A stretch of 64,000 nt of DNA from Candidatus Cloacimonadales bacterium. GTDB lineage: Bacteria > Cloacimonadota > Cloacimonadia > Cloacimonadales > DAONDQ01. The translations under genes were made by a program, and so were the position numbers. The notes beneath the pieces are model-generated. The model was given only the letters and a program-made list of their open reading frames with translations. It was not told the origin of the DNA and did no database searches. Positions within the stretch are counted from its first letter, which is position 1, and every line of letters begins with the position of its first letter. The DNA is taken from contig OY759316.1 of the NCBI GenBank assembly GCA_963662275.1, positions 2,336,001-2,400,000 of the forward strand. Direction: 5' to 3'. This document shows, piece by piece, positions 1-10,905 of this stretch.

Positions 1-1078
1 ACAATATCCAGGTCCAAATAATATATTTAATAACAACGGAGTTTGGTCAAACCCAAGTTATCAACTCTCACGTACAATGGGATATAAAGTTAAATGCGAC
101 GCCAGTACAAATCTTCCAATTAGTGGGTCACGTATTGCGCCATATACAACAATTAATTTAAATTCTAACCAATACATTAATAATGGTGAAAACTGGCTCA
201 GTTACTGGCTGCCAAACAGCCAAAACCCGGTTACAGCACTTGGTTCTTATGCATCCAATATTACTATGATCAAAACGCAATATTGGACAATCGCTAAAAG
301 AAATGGAATTTGGCAAATGCCGGCAAGGAAAGTGACGTTGAATTATGGTGATATGGTAATCCTGAAATGCACGTCTGATATTACGGGTTTTACCTGGCAT
401 GACCATAATGCTCTGCCCCCTATTACACCTCCAAAACCCGTAAAAATCGCTTATACAGAGAAAGAAGATTATATTCCCATGTTCCTGGATTTAACTGCCC
501 TTCAAGACAGCCTTCCGGAAGAAATAGGAATTATGTTCGGTGAAGAATGTAAAGGGGCTGTTGTAGTGGACAGTATAAATGTTCAGTTATGCGCCTATAT
601 CACAGACTTGACGGAAGAAGAAGCAGCAAGCCTGACTTTTGTGATGGAGTATGGAACAAAAGCTCCTCTCAGGACTTGCAGCTCTTATTCTATTTTAGCT
701 GAAGATACAAAATGGATAACACCAAAGACTTCCATACTGAATCTCGATGGAGTCTGGCTAAAGATTGGAGGTTCTTCAGGAGCAACACCACCAGCGATAT
801 TAGCGTTGCATTTGTATCAAAACTCACCTAATCCTTTCTCAACCCAAACTGTCATCAATTATGACCTGTCTCAGAAAGGCATAGTGAAGATCAATATCTA
901 CAATATACGTGGTCAGTTGGTGAAGAGTTATGTGAATAATGCTGATAAATCAGGTAAATACCAGGTTGCCTGGGATGGAAAGGATAAGAATAAACTTGCC
1001 TGTTCCAGCGGAATATACTTCTGTTGTCTGGAATCACAGGGACAAAGAATCACTAAGAAAATGCTGTTATTAAAGTAG
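1..1078 (+). CDS. Secreted protein with C-terminal FlgD-Ig/T9SS type-A sorting-like domain (5' end outside window)
   Basis: The frame is open from the window start. The C-terminus reads QNSPNPFS...IYNIRGQLV...WDGKD...SGIYF...KKMLLLK. Confidence 0.8.
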   Translation, partial: QYPGPNNIFNNNGVWSNPSYQLSRTMGYKVKCDASTNLPISGSRIAPYTTINLNSNQYINNGENWLSYWLPNSQNPVTALGSYASNITMIKTQYWTIAKRNGIWQMPARKVTLNYGDMVILKCTSDITGFTWHDHNALPPITPPKPVKIAYTEKEDYIPMFLDLTALQDSLPEEIGIMFGEECKGAVVVDSINVQLCAYITDLTEEEAASLTFVMEYGTKAPLRTCSSYSILAEDTKWITPKTSILNLDGVWLKIGGSSGATPPAILALHLYQNSPNPFSTQTVINYDLSQKGIVKINIYNIRGQLVKSYVNNADKSGKYQVAWDGKDKNKLACSSGIYFCCLESQGQRITKKMLLLK

Positions 1079-1215
1079 CCCACACTTCAGCGTGTCGGTA
1101 GTCACTGTCTTTAGCTTGTGCTATTTTACAGTAACCTGAAGGATACGACTACCGAGTGTTAGTCATAATTCAGGTGGGGAGCGAAAGCTCCCTGCCTGAT
1201 AATATTGGAGTCGAA

Positions 1216-3591
1216 ATGTCAAAGACTATGTTATTGATAATACTTACATTCTCAACAGGAATCCTATGCGCTATTACCCATACCGTAAACCTGGACGGCT
1301 CTGCCCAGTTTACTGCCATCCAATCCGCAATAAACGCATCCGTAGATAATGACACTGTATTAGTATATCCCGGAAGGTATTTGGAAAACATTACAATCCT
1401 AAATAAACGAATCATCTTAGGATCCAGGGAACTGACGACAGGCAATCCTTTGTATATAGGTCAAACCATCATTGATGGACAGAGACTCGAAAGCTGCATT
1501 AAAGTTTCGGGGACTGGACAAAATGAATCAGTATTTTCAATAATTAGAGGATTTACGATCACTAAAGGTCATGCGGTTATTGTACAATTTCAATATTTTA
1601 CTGAAGGAGGAGGAGTAAAAATATATAATAGTGCTAAAGTTGAATTAATCAACAATAGAATTTTTGATAATCAGTCTGGAGTTGGGGGTGGAGTATATAT
1701 ATCTTCTGGTTCGTTAAATTTACGAGGTAATAGTATCAGCGGAAATATAGCTTCAGTTTATGGTGGTGGAATTTATATAGTTGATGGTTCTATAGTAAAT
1801 TTTGATCCAATAATTCGGTCTAGTATTTACACAAATTTTGCTGGTCAAGGTTCAGATATTTTATTCTTCAATTTCGATAATCCTCCAACAGTTTATGCTG
1901 ACACAATTTCAGTAATTGATCAAACATCATATTTTATCTGTAATGAACAAGGATGGGATTGGGCATCACCTCAGCCTGTTATCGTAGCTAACCATGCCTA
2001 TATTAATGAAATAAATCATGATCTATATGTATCTCTTAACGGAAATGATGACAATGATGGTCAAAATCCAACAAGTCCGTTAAAAACGATTGCCATTGCA
2101 TTTCAAAGAATAGCTTCTGATAGTTTAAATCCTAAGACGGTATTTATAGCACCAGGAGAATATAAGCAATCAGAAGGACAAATTTATCCGATTCAACTCA
2201 AAACATATATTAATTTTATGGGAAGTGGTGAAAACACTACAAAAATAATACTAGATGATCCAAACTTCCCAACAAGTGGTATAATGTGTAGAATAACAAA
2301 ACATGCCAAATTTCAAGGATTTTCAATAAATGGATCAGACATCCAAGGAACTAGTGGAATATACTTAAGACCAGAGGATCCATTAGCAGAGATTTTGATA
2401 GATCGATTGACGTTTGAACATTTAAAAAGCTTATACCCTTATACATACGGTTCATCACTGTTTATTAACGCATGTCATAACGTTACCATCACGAATTCAA
2501 ATTTTCAAAATAACCGTGCGAACGGATCTGCAGGAATTAATTTAAACCGATCATCCGGTTTGATTGAAAATTGCAATTTCAAGGATAATATCGCTGATGA
2601 TCTCAGCCAGAGTATGACAGAAGGCTGTGATATTCAAGCAGAGGTTAATGGACATTTACTTATTAGAAATTGTAATTTTTCCGGTGGTCAAACGGCATTT
2701 GTTAATGAACCTAATTCACCGCTATTTGGTATTGTTAGCATTATCAGTGAACCCGGATCGATTTCGTATGTGAATATAGAAAATTGCTTATTTACTGACG
2801 GTCATGTTGCAGGTGGTGCTGCTTTCACTTTTAGTGGTGAGAATCCAGGCAAAATGAATATTATCAACTGTACTTTTGCCAATAACACTTCTTTGGAAAC
2901 TGCTACGGTTTTGAACGGATATATCAATGTAAAGAATTGTATATTCAAGAATCCAACAACACGAGAAATCATGTTGGGTTATCCTCAAGTATATGGAGTC
3001 GCTACAAATCTTCATATAGATTACAGTGATGTTAGAGGTGGTGCTGCTTTAATACCATTGCCCCAATATTATACCTGGGGTATGGGAAATACTACATTAG
3101 ACCCGCTCTTTGCCAGTACGAATCCGCTTGATGATAACTATCTTTATCTTACTGCAGATTCACCCTGCGTGGACACTGGCACACCGGATACCACAGGACT
3201 TTTCCTTCCTCTTGCAGATTTAGCGGGTAATTACCGTATCTGGAATAACCGCGTCGATATGGGTTGCTATGAGTTTGGTTCTCCTACAGGGAATGAAGAT
3301 GACTTACCTGCTAAATCAGGTGCTGCAATGTACAATTACCCCAATCCGTTCAATCCGAGTACGACGATTAGTTTTCATATTCCAATTAGCTCTCATGTGA
3401 GCCTGTCTGTATATAATATCAGAGGGCAGAAAGTAGCGCAATTGATCAATGAGAATATGCCATTGGGTCTGCATAAGGTCGTGTGGGATGGAAAAGACAA
3501 TAATAAACAAGCTGTGGGTTCGGGTGTATATTTTGTAAAGTTGGAAACTGGTAATGAGACCAGCACGAGAAAAATGATTCTGATTAAATAG
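1216..3591 (+). CDS. Secreted right-handed beta-helix (pectin-lyase-like/DUF1565-like) protein with FlgD-Ig/T9SS-like C-terminus
   Basis: GGAG RBS precedes ATG 1216, followed by a signal peptide. Motifs: IQSAINAS..DTVLVYPGRY, GGGIY repeats, YVSLNGNDDNDG..SPLKTI, SPCVDTG..DMGCYE, and a YPNPFNP C-terminal domain. Confidence 0.8.
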   Translation: MSKTMLLIILTFSTGILCAITHTVNLDGSAQFTAIQSAINASVDNDTVLVYPGRYLENITILNKRIILGSRELTTGNPLYIGQTIIDGQRLESCIKVSGTGQNESVFSIIRGFTITKGHAVIVQFQYFTEGGGVKIYNSAKVELINNRIFDNQSGVGGGVYISSGSLNLRGNSISGNIASVYGGGIYIVDGSIVNFDPIIRSSIYTNFAGQGSDILFFNFDNPPTVYADTISVIDQTSYFICNEQGWDWASPQPVIVANHAYINEINHDLYVSLNGNDDNDGQNPTSPLKTIAIAFQRIASDSLNPKTVFIAPGEYKQSEGQIYPIQLKTYINFMGSGENTTKIILDDPNFPTSGIMCRITKHAKFQGFSINGSDIQGTSGIYLRPEDPLAEILIDRLTFEHLKSLYPYTYGSSLFINACHNVTITNSNFQNNRANGSAGINLNRSSGLIENCNFKDNIADDLSQSMTEGCDIQAEVNGHLLIRNCNFSGGQTAFVNEPNSPLFGIVSIISEPGSISYVNIENCLFTDGHVAGGAAFTFSGENPGKMNIINCTFANNTSLETATVLNGYINVKNCIFKNPTTREIMLGYPQVYGVATNLHIDYSDVRGGAALIPLPQYYTWGMGNTTLDPLFASTNPLDDNYLYLTADSPCVDTGTPDTTGLFLPLADLAGNYRIWNNRVDMGCYEFGSPTGNEDDLPAKSGAAMYNYPNPFNPSTTISFHIPISSHVSLSVYNIRGQKVAQLINENMPLGLHKVVWDGKDNNKQAVGSGVYFVKLETGNETSTRKMILIK

Positions 3592-3631
3592 ACCCTCGAG
3601 TCTATCTGTTGCAGTACAGTATTACGGATAG

Positions 3632-3661
3632 GTAGGGATAAACCCATATGTTTATCCCTAC
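3632..3661. repeat. GTAG...CTAC palindrome (REP-like hairpin, possibly a terminator)
   Basis: GTAGGGATAAAC-ccatat-GTTTATCCCTAC forms a perfect 12-bp stem downstream of a CDS. Confidence 0.6.
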
Positions 3662-3783
3662 AAAGGACATCAGGCATTGATCGCAATCTTATGATTCAAA
3701 TCGTATTTCTTGACAGAAAAGAGTTTTAGCAATTGCTGTATATAAATTAGTAAAGTCGAGGAAATATCACATAGTAAATAAAT

Positions 3784-5892
3784 ATGAAAAAATCACATGT
3801 ATATATCCTGTTAATAGTAGCAGTCTTATTAACTGCCATATCGTACAGTTATAAACCTTTAATACCTCGTATCCCGGCATATAATCTCAAGGAAGGTCAA
3901 ATCGCTGAATACGATATAATTGCACCTTTTACATTCAATATCGTGAAAACACCTTCGCAGGTGGAAGCTGAGGAAAAGGAATTATTCCTTCACATCACAC
4001 CCGTATACATCATATCTGAAGACATTAAATTCAATGCTCTTAAGAAAGTGAATGCTTTTATTGAAATCATCTCTAATAACAATAACCTGGCAGATAGTGC
4101 CACTGTGAATTCATCATTGAGGCAGAATGGGATTTCTCTCTCGCATGAAGCATTGGTCAATATCTTAGGAAGATCAAATCATACAGCTTTCTTTAAAGTG
4201 TTAACGGAAAAAGTTACCGGTTTGATGAATAACGGAATTTACGATCATGTACCATATGACAGTGTTTCCATTTCAGAAGGTTCAAATCTAATTCAAATGC
4301 CCAAGCACCAATTATTAAACATTAGTCAAGCCCGATCAAAATTCTCCGTAATATCTATTCCCAATATCAATAGCAATACACTGCATGAACTTAGCCAGGT
4401 GTTCATTATTCCCAATATTATAGAAAATAAAGACAAAACCGACCAACTATATACAGAAGCGAAATCACAGATACAAAAAATCATTGGTACTGTTCAGAAA
4501 AATGAGGAAATTATCCGAAAGAATAGTCGGATAACTTCAGATGATTTGCAAAAAATACAATCCATGCAAGCTGATCAGAATATCAAAGAGAATATCAGCA
4601 GCTTAAAACTGGCGATTAGAATCTTCGGTAATTTCTTGTTAAACTTATTCCTCATGCTAGGTTTTTACCTGATTATGATCCTGTACTTTCCCCATCATGA
4701 TTTTACCAAACGTGAAATCGTATTGATCTGGGGTGGCGTGCTATTCAATGCCATCATGACAATCGTTATGACCCAGATCTGGTCTTTTCAATTTCTTCTT
4801 CTGCCCTATTCTCTTTCAATCCTGATGATTTGTATCATTTTCAATACAAACCTGGGATTACTATATAATTTCATTAATTTTGTGATTGTCTCGCAATTTC
4901 TCAACTGGCAGATATTTGATCCTTTAATCCTGACAATTGCGACTATGGGTGCTGTTTTGTCACTTAAACGAATCACGGATAAACAGGATTATCTGAATGT
5001 GGGAATTTATCTCTTATTTTCCCTGCTGCTTGTGAATTTTGCTTTTTCATTATATAAAACAGACCCATTCATGGTTATCTTAAGACATTTCCTATATAGT
5101 GTTATATCAGCAACCCTCTCGATAGTGGGTCTGATCGTACTTGTTCCCTGGGTGGAAAGAAGATTGAATATAGCATCAAAACAAGTTCTCTTGGAATTAC
5201 TTGATTTCAATCATCCTATTCTGAAGAAGTTAGCTTCTAATGCCATGGGAACTTATCATCATTCTTTAGTCGTGGGAAATCTGTCTGAAAGCGCAGCCGA
5301 GGCAATTGGTGCTAATCCGCTTCTAGCAAGAGTTGGCAGTTATTATCATGATATTGGTAAAATTTCCAATCCGCAGATTTTTACGGAAAACAATGCTGGA
5401 TCAGACGAGATTCATGACCATCTTCCCCCGCTGGAAAGTGCTGCTAAGATTCGTTCCCATGTCAATGAAGGTGTAGCCCTTGCCCGTAAGAATAAAATAC
5501 CGCAAGCCGTGATAGATATCATTCAACAACATCATGGAACAAGTGTGATTCGTTATTTTCTGAATAAAGCAGAGAAGGAAGGTTTGAATATCGATCTTTC
5601 GAAATATCAGTATCCGGGACCAAAACCATGTAGTAAAGAAGCAGCTCTTGTCATGATCGCCGATATCGTCGAAGCGACATCTAAATCTATGAATGACCCT
5701 TCCACTGATGCAATTCAAAAAATGCTTGATCTCACTATCCTGCACCTGATCCGTGACGGACAGTTGGATGAAGCTCCTATTACTCTCCAAGAGCTTGATC
5801 TGGCAAAGAAGAAAATGTTTCCCATACTGGAGAGTATATATCGTAAACGTCTGGAATATCCTGAAGAGAAACGGGAAAGAGAAAGTTCATGA
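3784..5892 (+). CDS. 7TM-HD (HDIG) phosphohydrolase, PgpH-like cyclic-di-AMP phosphodiesterase family
   Basis: Extracellular domain, multiple TM helices, then GTYHHS...YYHDIGK...HV..G...QHHGT...ADIVEA. Located upstream of ybeY, as is typical. Confidence 0.85.
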   Translation: MKKSHVYILLIVAVLLTAISYSYKPLIPRIPAYNLKEGQIAEYDIIAPFTFNIVKTPSQVEAEEKELFLHITPVYIISEDIKFNALKKVNAFIEIISNNNNLADSATVNSSLRQNGISLSHEALVNILGRSNHTAFFKVLTEKVTGLMNNGIYDHVPYDSVSISEGSNLIQMPKHQLLNISQARSKFSVISIPNINSNTLHELSQVFIIPNIIENKDKTDQLYTEAKSQIQKIIGTVQKNEEIIRKNSRITSDDLQKIQSMQADQNIKENISSLKLAIRIFGNFLLNLFLMLGFYLIMILYFPHHDFTKREIVLIWGGVLFNAIMTIVMTQIWSFQFLLLPYSLSILMICIIFNTNLGLLYNFINFVIVSQFLNWQIFDPLILTIATMGAVLSLKRITDKQDYLNVGIYLLFSLLLVNFAFSLYKTDPFMVILRHFLYSVISATLSIVGLIVLVPWVERRLNIASKQVLLELLDFNHPILKKLASNAMGTYHHSLVVGNLSESAAEAIGANPLLARVGSYYHDIGKISNPQIFTENNAGSDEIHDHLPPLESAAKIRSHVNEGVALARKNKIPQAVIDIIQQHHGTSVIRYFLNKAEKEGLNIDLSKYQYPGPKPCSKEAALVMIADIVEATSKSMNDPSTDAIQKMLDLTILHLIRDGQLDEAPITLQELDLAKKKMFPILESIYRKRLEYPEEKRERESS

Positions 5893-6308
5893 CGAATCTC
5901 AGTGTTTCGAAGGACTGTCAGTGTAGGATTCCAAGGAAAAGAATTGCGGATATCATCACCCACGCTATTGAACTAGGAGATATCAAATCAGATGCCCAAA
6001 TTCAATTGCTTATGACTCATGATGTTCAAATCAGTGAACTCAACCGGAGATATCGCGGATTAAATGAGATAACGGATATTCTCACATTTCCATCAGAAGT
6101 TCCCGAGTCCAGTTTCCTGGGAGATATTGTTATTGACATCCAACAAGCTGCACGACAAAAAGGAAATCATCGATTGGAAAATGAAATAGTCATCCTTTTC
6201 ATTCATGGTATCCTGCATTTAATAGGTTATGATCACATTCGGAAAGAAGACCGAAACCGAATGCTGCTCAAAGAAACAGAATATCGGTCATTCATAAAGG
6301 AGAAATAA
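5889..6308 (+). CDS. ybeY: rRNA maturation RNase YbeY
   Basis: LNRRYRG..TDILTF, LGDIVI and the HGILHLIGYDH zinc motif. Confidence 0.95.
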   Translation: MTNLSVSKDCQCRIPRKRIADIITHAIELGDIKSDAQIQLLMTHDVQISELNRRYRGLNEITDILTFPSEVPESSFLGDIVIDIQQAARQKGNHRLENEIVILFIHGILHLIGYDHIRKEDRNRMLLKETEYRSFIKEK

Positions 6309-6313
6309 ACCCC

Positions 6314-7585
6314 GTGGATATAGCCACGCTAGTTCTCACATTTGTTATCCTAATTCTATGTAGTGCCTTCTTTTCTGCATCAGAAACTGCTTTTTTTTCT
6401 TTAAATAAAATCCAGATATCTATGCTGAATAATTCTGAGAGAAAACGAGATAGGCGTATATTAAGAATACTTAAAAAACCTAGAAGATTACTTATTACTG
6501 TTCTTTTCGGCAATACTCTTGTGAATGTGGGAGCATCTACAACAGCCACAATCATTGCCATTAAAATAGCGGAAGGTTATCACTATAACGTGCCGTTATG
6601 TGTAACATTGCAGATAGTAATCACTACGCTGATTTTGCTTCTCTTTGGAGAAGTTACTCCCAAGATGCTATCTTTCTCAAAACCGGTCGCCTTTGCTGGC
6701 TTCGCATCCCTTATGATCACTTTTCTGGAAACCATTTTGTATCCAGTTATCATCATTCTTGTTTGGTTGAGTAATCTTATCTCTAAGAAAGATAATATTG
6801 AAACGCAATTTGAAAATAGTTTTACTTCAGAGGATTTCAAAAACCTGATCACCTCCAAATCCTCTAATCATCCGTTGGATGAAAATGAAAAAAAGATAAT
6901 TGCCAGTATCTTCAGGCTTTCCACTACTGAATTAAGAGAAATCATTGTTCCGCGAGTGGATATCGTAGCTGTTGAAGAGGAAAGTAGTCTCGATGATCTC
7001 CGGGTAATACTCATGGAATCAGGTTATTCAAGGATTCCTGTTTATCGTGATCATATTGATGATATCATCGGAATCATTTATGCAAAGGACTTGATCTTAT
7101 ATCCTGAGAAAAACACGGTGAAGGATTTAATGCGTGCTCCTTACTATGTAACCGAAAATATGAAGGTTCAAGTTCTCCTTAACCAGTTTAAAAGTAAAAA
7201 GCTTCAAATTGCAATCGTAGTGGATGAATACGGTGGAACTGCCGGTTTGATTAGTCTCGAAGATATTATGGAAGAGCTTGTAGGGGAAATTCTAGATGAA
7301 TATGATGAAGATGAACCTCCTATGCTGCATAAACTGAATGAAAATGAATATATTGTGAATGGGATGTATGGAATTGGTGATTTGAATCATGAATTTGGTT
7401 TGGGGATTGATACTTCACTATATGATAATATTGCTGATTTTTTACTTGCTGAGTTTAATAAGATACCTAAGCGTGGAGACTCCATCACCATTGAAAATAA
7501 AGTCGTTTTTCTGATTACAAATATTAAAGGACAGCGTATTCATTATGTGAAAATGCGACTGTTGAATGTTCATGATGAATCATAA
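6314..7585 (+). CDS. CNNM/DUF21-CBS-CorC_HlyC family (hemolysin-like / Mg2+ transport) protein
   Basis: FFSASETAFFS, FGEVTPK, GYSRIPVY, VVDEYGGTAGLISLEDIMEELVGEI. Confidence 0.9.
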   Translation: MDIATLVLTFVILILCSAFFSASETAFFSLNKIQISMLNNSERKRDRRILRILKKPRRLLITVLFGNTLVNVGASTTATIIAIKIAEGYHYNVPLCVTLQIVITTLILLLFGEVTPKMLSFSKPVAFAGFASLMITFLETILYPVIIILVWLSNLISKKDNIETQFENSFTSEDFKNLITSKSSNHPLDENEKKIIASIFRLSTTELREIIVPRVDIVAVEEESSLDDLRVILMESGYSRIPVYRDHIDDIIGIIYAKDLILYPEKNTVKDLMRAPYYVTENMKVQVLLNQFKSKKLQIAIVVDEYGGTAGLISLEDIMEELVGEILDEYDEDEPPMLHKLNENEYIVNGMYGIGDLNHEFGLGIDTSLYDNIADFLLAEFNKIPKRGDSITIENKVVFLITNIKGQRIHYVKMRLLNVHDES

Positions 7586-8315
7586 ATTGAGGATTTTATC
7601 TAGCTTTTTTGTATTCTTTGCACTCTGCTTAGGAGTACAGTTAAATGCAGAAATTTATCAGTATAAGATCACCTGTCTTGGTATACGCGTAGTGGATATA
7701 AATATTACTAATTATTTCAACCAGGAAATCGGCTTGTTACGTGTAAAAGCTGATTCATACTTTACTACTTCCATCTTTCCATTTATCCATAACACTTATA
7801 TCACCAGGTACGAAGATGATTTCTTACCAGTCAGTTATGAAAAACATGTTGATCAGAAAAAGTACTTTGAAGATCGAATCTGCACTTATAATCGTGAGAA
7901 TAAAACCGCGATTATGATAGACCGTTTAAAGGACAAGACGACTAGTTATTCCATTATGCCTAGCAGCCGTGATTTTTTTTCTGCTCTGCTTTATATCTCA
8001 AACCACCTGCAAGTAAAAGATGATATTTGGTTGGATGCAAATAAATTGATTTGGAAAGCATCTTACGAAAGGGAAGATAAGGAGATCATAAAAACTTCTA
8101 TGGGTAAATTCCCAGCAATCCGTATCAAAATGCGATTTCATAAAATATCTGCAGAACCCAAGGAAAACTCCGATATGTTGACCAATCAACTGGTAAATGA
8201 AGACAATACTTTATATCTATGGATATCTGATGACAATCGTCACTTACCTTTGAGAGCCAAATATGAAAGAAAACCATTCCCTGTATACTGGGAAATTACT
8301 TCCTATAAACCCTGA
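7566..8315 (+). CDS. DUF3108-like exported protein
   Basis: Signal peptide, then DFFSALLY, KTSMGKFPAIRI and LWISDDNRHLPLR. Confidence 0.6.
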   Translation: MFMMNHKLRILSSFFVFFALCLGVQLNAEIYQYKITCLGIRVVDINITNYFNQEIGLLRVKADSYFTTSIFPFIHNTYITRYEDDFLPVSYEKHVDQKKYFEDRICTYNRENKTAIMIDRLKDKTTSYSIMPSSRDFFSALLYISNHLQVKDDIWLDANKLIWKASYEREDKEIIKTSMGKFPAIRIKMRFHKISAEPKENSDMLTNQLVNEDNTLYLWISDDNRHLPLRAKYERKPFPVYWEITSYKP

Positions 8316-8324
8316 GGACTATCT

Positions 8325-8705
8325 ATGAAACTAGCAAATCCCTGCAAATTCTATATGTGTATGTTTATTATCTGGGGTATATTGATCCTCATAGTTTCAT
8401 CAATCCCTAATCTCAAGCTTCCTGTTCCTGAACAATACTCAGAGGATAAAGTTGCCCATTTTTTTGAGTATTTTGTGTTTTCAGGTTTATTCAGTTTATA
8501 CTTGTTTTTCAGTAATCGATCAGAACAAAAAATTTTTATATTGACACTGATTCTTATTGCATTTGCTTATTTAGATGAATTACATCAGAAACTAATACCA
8601 GGAAGACAGTATTCTCTTTTTGATTTTAGTGCTGATTTTCTTGGAATCATTTGCGGTTGGTCTGCCTTGTATTTTATGAAATGGAAACAAAGGAAAACTA
8701 CATGA
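8325..8705 (+). CDS. VanZ family membrane protein
   Basis: DKVAHFFEY, DELHQKLIPGR..S..DF.AD. Confidence 0.85.
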   Translation: MKLANPCKFYMCMFIIWGILILIVSSIPNLKLPVPEQYSEDKVAHFFEYFVFSGLFSLYLFFSNRSEQKIFILTLILIAFAYLDELHQKLIPGRQYSLFDFSADFLGIICGWSALYFMKWKQRKTT

Positions 8706-9970
8706 CTGAGATAATTGCTAATCATTCGATAATTCAAACTAATGTTGCTTGGAAATGGCGACAAATTGAATCGGCGATCCATGATACAATGTCGCTGTTC
8801 AATTTTCAAGAAATCAGACCTTCATTAGTATCCAATTATCATCTTATAGCTCACGCTCTCATTCATTTTCAAAATCATGATATCATCGATAATAACGAAT
8901 ACGGTTTTCTACGCTTGCATGAACCTAAACAAGACTTATGTTTACGTCCCGAAGGTACAATCTCGATTTTAAATAGTACAATAGCAGACAAAGCAAAGAA
9001 TGAAATACAAAAGCTATACTATCTTGGTCCGATGTTTCGGAAGAATGCAAGTTGTGAGATAGAAGAATTCAGTCAGCTTGGAATTGAAATTCTTGGCAGT
9101 TCAACTCTTATCTCAGATGATGAAGCAATTCGACTATCTTTGCAACTATGCAAGAAATTCGGTTTTAATAATTCATGGGTCGAAATTGGCAGTCATGGTT
9201 GTGAACGATGTCGTCCAAGTTATATTAAAAAACGCAATGCTTATCTAATGGAACATAAGGATGATTTCTGTCCTGAATGTTCAGAGAAAATGCTGCAAAA
9301 TCCTTCCAATATTCCTGATTGTAAAACAAAAAAATGTCGGGATAATCTTGTCCATCTTCCGAAATTAGGTAATTCTCTTTGTGATGACTGCTCTGCTCAA
9401 TTCAATCAATTACAGAAAACGCTTGGAAATCTGATGACCAATTATAAAATCAATCATGATCTAAAACTCAGCTTCGGATATTATCGACAAACTGTTTTCG
9501 ATATCCTGATTGATACCGCATCCGGTCCCCGTGTCATTGGAGGAGGTGGTCGATATGATGATTTATCATTATTTGTCACTGGTCACCCGCTTCCATCGGT
9601 TGGTTTTGCTTTGGAATTAGATCTAGTATTCCGGTACTTGGAAGAAAAGAATCTCTTTATTCAACCTGAGACTCAATTCCGAGTATATTTATGTATGCAG
9701 ACCTTAGGTTTGGACACCATTATTATGCAGATTAGCGAAGAACTCAGAAGCCATAATTTTTCCACAGTCCTCGGAGTTAATTGTAATGATTTTCAAAAAG
9801 AATGTGAACTGGCTTCTCGACAGAATTGTACTACGATGATTATTGTTAATGGAAATGATATCAGGGAAGGAAAAGTCCTTCTCAAGAATTTCCTGAAAGA
9901 ACACCAGGAATATATCAAATTGAGTGATTTAATACCACAGCTTAATGTAATACGTAAAACATTCATGTAA
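8702..9970 (+). CDS. Histidyl-tRNA synthetase-like protein (divergent HisS/HisZ paralog)
   Basis: LRPEGT, YYLGPMFR, GGGGRYD, VGFALELD and a C-terminal anticodon-binding-like domain. Several catalytic motifs are altered. ATG 8702 overlaps the vanZ stop. Confidence 0.75.
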   Translation: MTEIIANHSIIQTNVAWKWRQIESAIHDTMSLFNFQEIRPSLVSNYHLIAHALIHFQNHDIIDNNEYGFLRLHEPKQDLCLRPEGTISILNSTIADKAKNEIQKLYYLGPMFRKNASCEIEEFSQLGIEILGSSTLISDDEAIRLSLQLCKKFGFNNSWVEIGSHGCERCRPSYIKKRNAYLMEHKDDFCPECSEKMLQNPSNIPDCKTKKCRDNLVHLPKLGNSLCDDCSAQFNQLQKTLGNLMTNYKINHDLKLSFGYYRQTVFDILIDTASGPRVIGGGGRYDDLSLFVTGHPLPSVGFALELDLVFRYLEEKNLFIQPETQFRVYLCMQTLGLDTIIMQISEELRSHNFSTVLGVNCNDFQKECELASRQNCTTMIIVNGNDIREGKVLLKNFLKEHQEYIKLSDLIPQLNVIRKTFM

Positions 9971-9985
9971 AAAAGGAGATTTACT

Positions 9986-10357
9986 ATGAGAGCCGTACAC
10001 ACAATCAACGCTCCGAAAGCAATTGGACCATACTCGCAGGCAATGATGCACAATGGCTTACTTTTTGTTTCTGGTCAAATTGGCATTGATCCCTTTACTG
10101 CGGAATTAGCTAAAAACTTCGCAGAAGAAGCCAGATTATGTTTCTCCAGTCTGAGAGAAATTTTATCTGAAGCAGGAATGAGCTTTGCGAAAGTTGTAAA
10201 AGTCAGTATATTTATCACTGATTTGCGCAACTTCGAAGCTCTCAATGAAATTTATGCCCAATTCTTCTCTGAGCCTTATCCTGCCAGAGAAACTGTTCAG
10301 GTAGCTGCATTACCTAAGAATGCTTCTATTGAGATATCCCTGGTTGCTATGTCATAA
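9986..10357 (+). CDS. ridA: RidA/YjgF enamine deaminase
   Basis: APKAIGPYSQA, SGQIG, PARETVQVAALP..IEI. Confidence 0.9.
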   Translation: MRAVHTINAPKAIGPYSQAMMHNGLLFVSGQIGIDPFTAELAKNFAEEARLCFSSLREILSEAGMSFAKVVKVSIFITDLRNFEALNEIYAQFFSEPYPARETVQVAALPKNASIEISLVAMS

Positions 10358-10366
10358 GGAAAGTAC

Positions 10367-10897
10367 ATGAGTATTTCAACGAAAAAGGGAGATCACGGAC
10401 TCACTAGCCTCTGGTCAGGTGAAGAAGTCTGGAAGAATGATCCCAGGGTTGAAGCTTACGGTACATTAGATGAATTGGATGCCCATATTGGAGAAGCAAA
10501 ACACTCGATTACCATAGAAGATATTCGAAAAATCCTGGCACAAATACAGAATGATCTTTATCATATTATGGGTGAATTGGCTACTGCAAATATGAGCTAT
10601 CCGGAGCCAATATCATTAGAAGTATGTGATCGGCTGACAGATATCGTTCATCGGTATGAAGAAAATCTTCAATTAACCGGATTCGTAATACTTGGAAATA
10701 CACTAGCATCGGCAAAACTCGATATCTGTAGAACAATCACACGCAGAGCTGAAAGGAAGATTATTTCCCTGGGTCAGGTTACCCAAGTTCCTGAAGCCAT
10801 ATTAGTTTATGTAAATCGTCTTTCCGATGTGTTTTACATCTTAGCTCGAGCTGAAGAAAAACAACAGGGAAAGCTGGAATATATAAAGAAAGGATAG
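10367..10897 (+). CDS. Cob(I)alamin adenosyltransferase, PduO type
   Basis: [36 protein letters not shown]. Confidence 0.9.
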   Translation: MSISTKKGDHGLTSLWSGEEVWKNDPRVEAYGTLDELDAHIGEAKHSITIEDIRKILAQIQNDLYHIMGELATANMSYPEPISLEVCDRLTDIVHRYEENLQLTGFVILGNTLASAKLDICRTITRRAERKIISLGQVTQVPEAILVYVNRLSDVFYILARAEEKQQGKLEYIKKG

Positions 10898-10905
10898 GAA
10901 TATTT

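Noticed and set aside
1090..1200. Integron attC site or riboswitch in the hairpin-rich spacer
   Set aside because: Hairpins exist (TCGGTAGTC/GACTACCGA; TCAGGTGGGGAGC/GCTCCCTGCCTGA), but there are no RYYYAAC/GTTRRRY ends and no recognisable aptamer.
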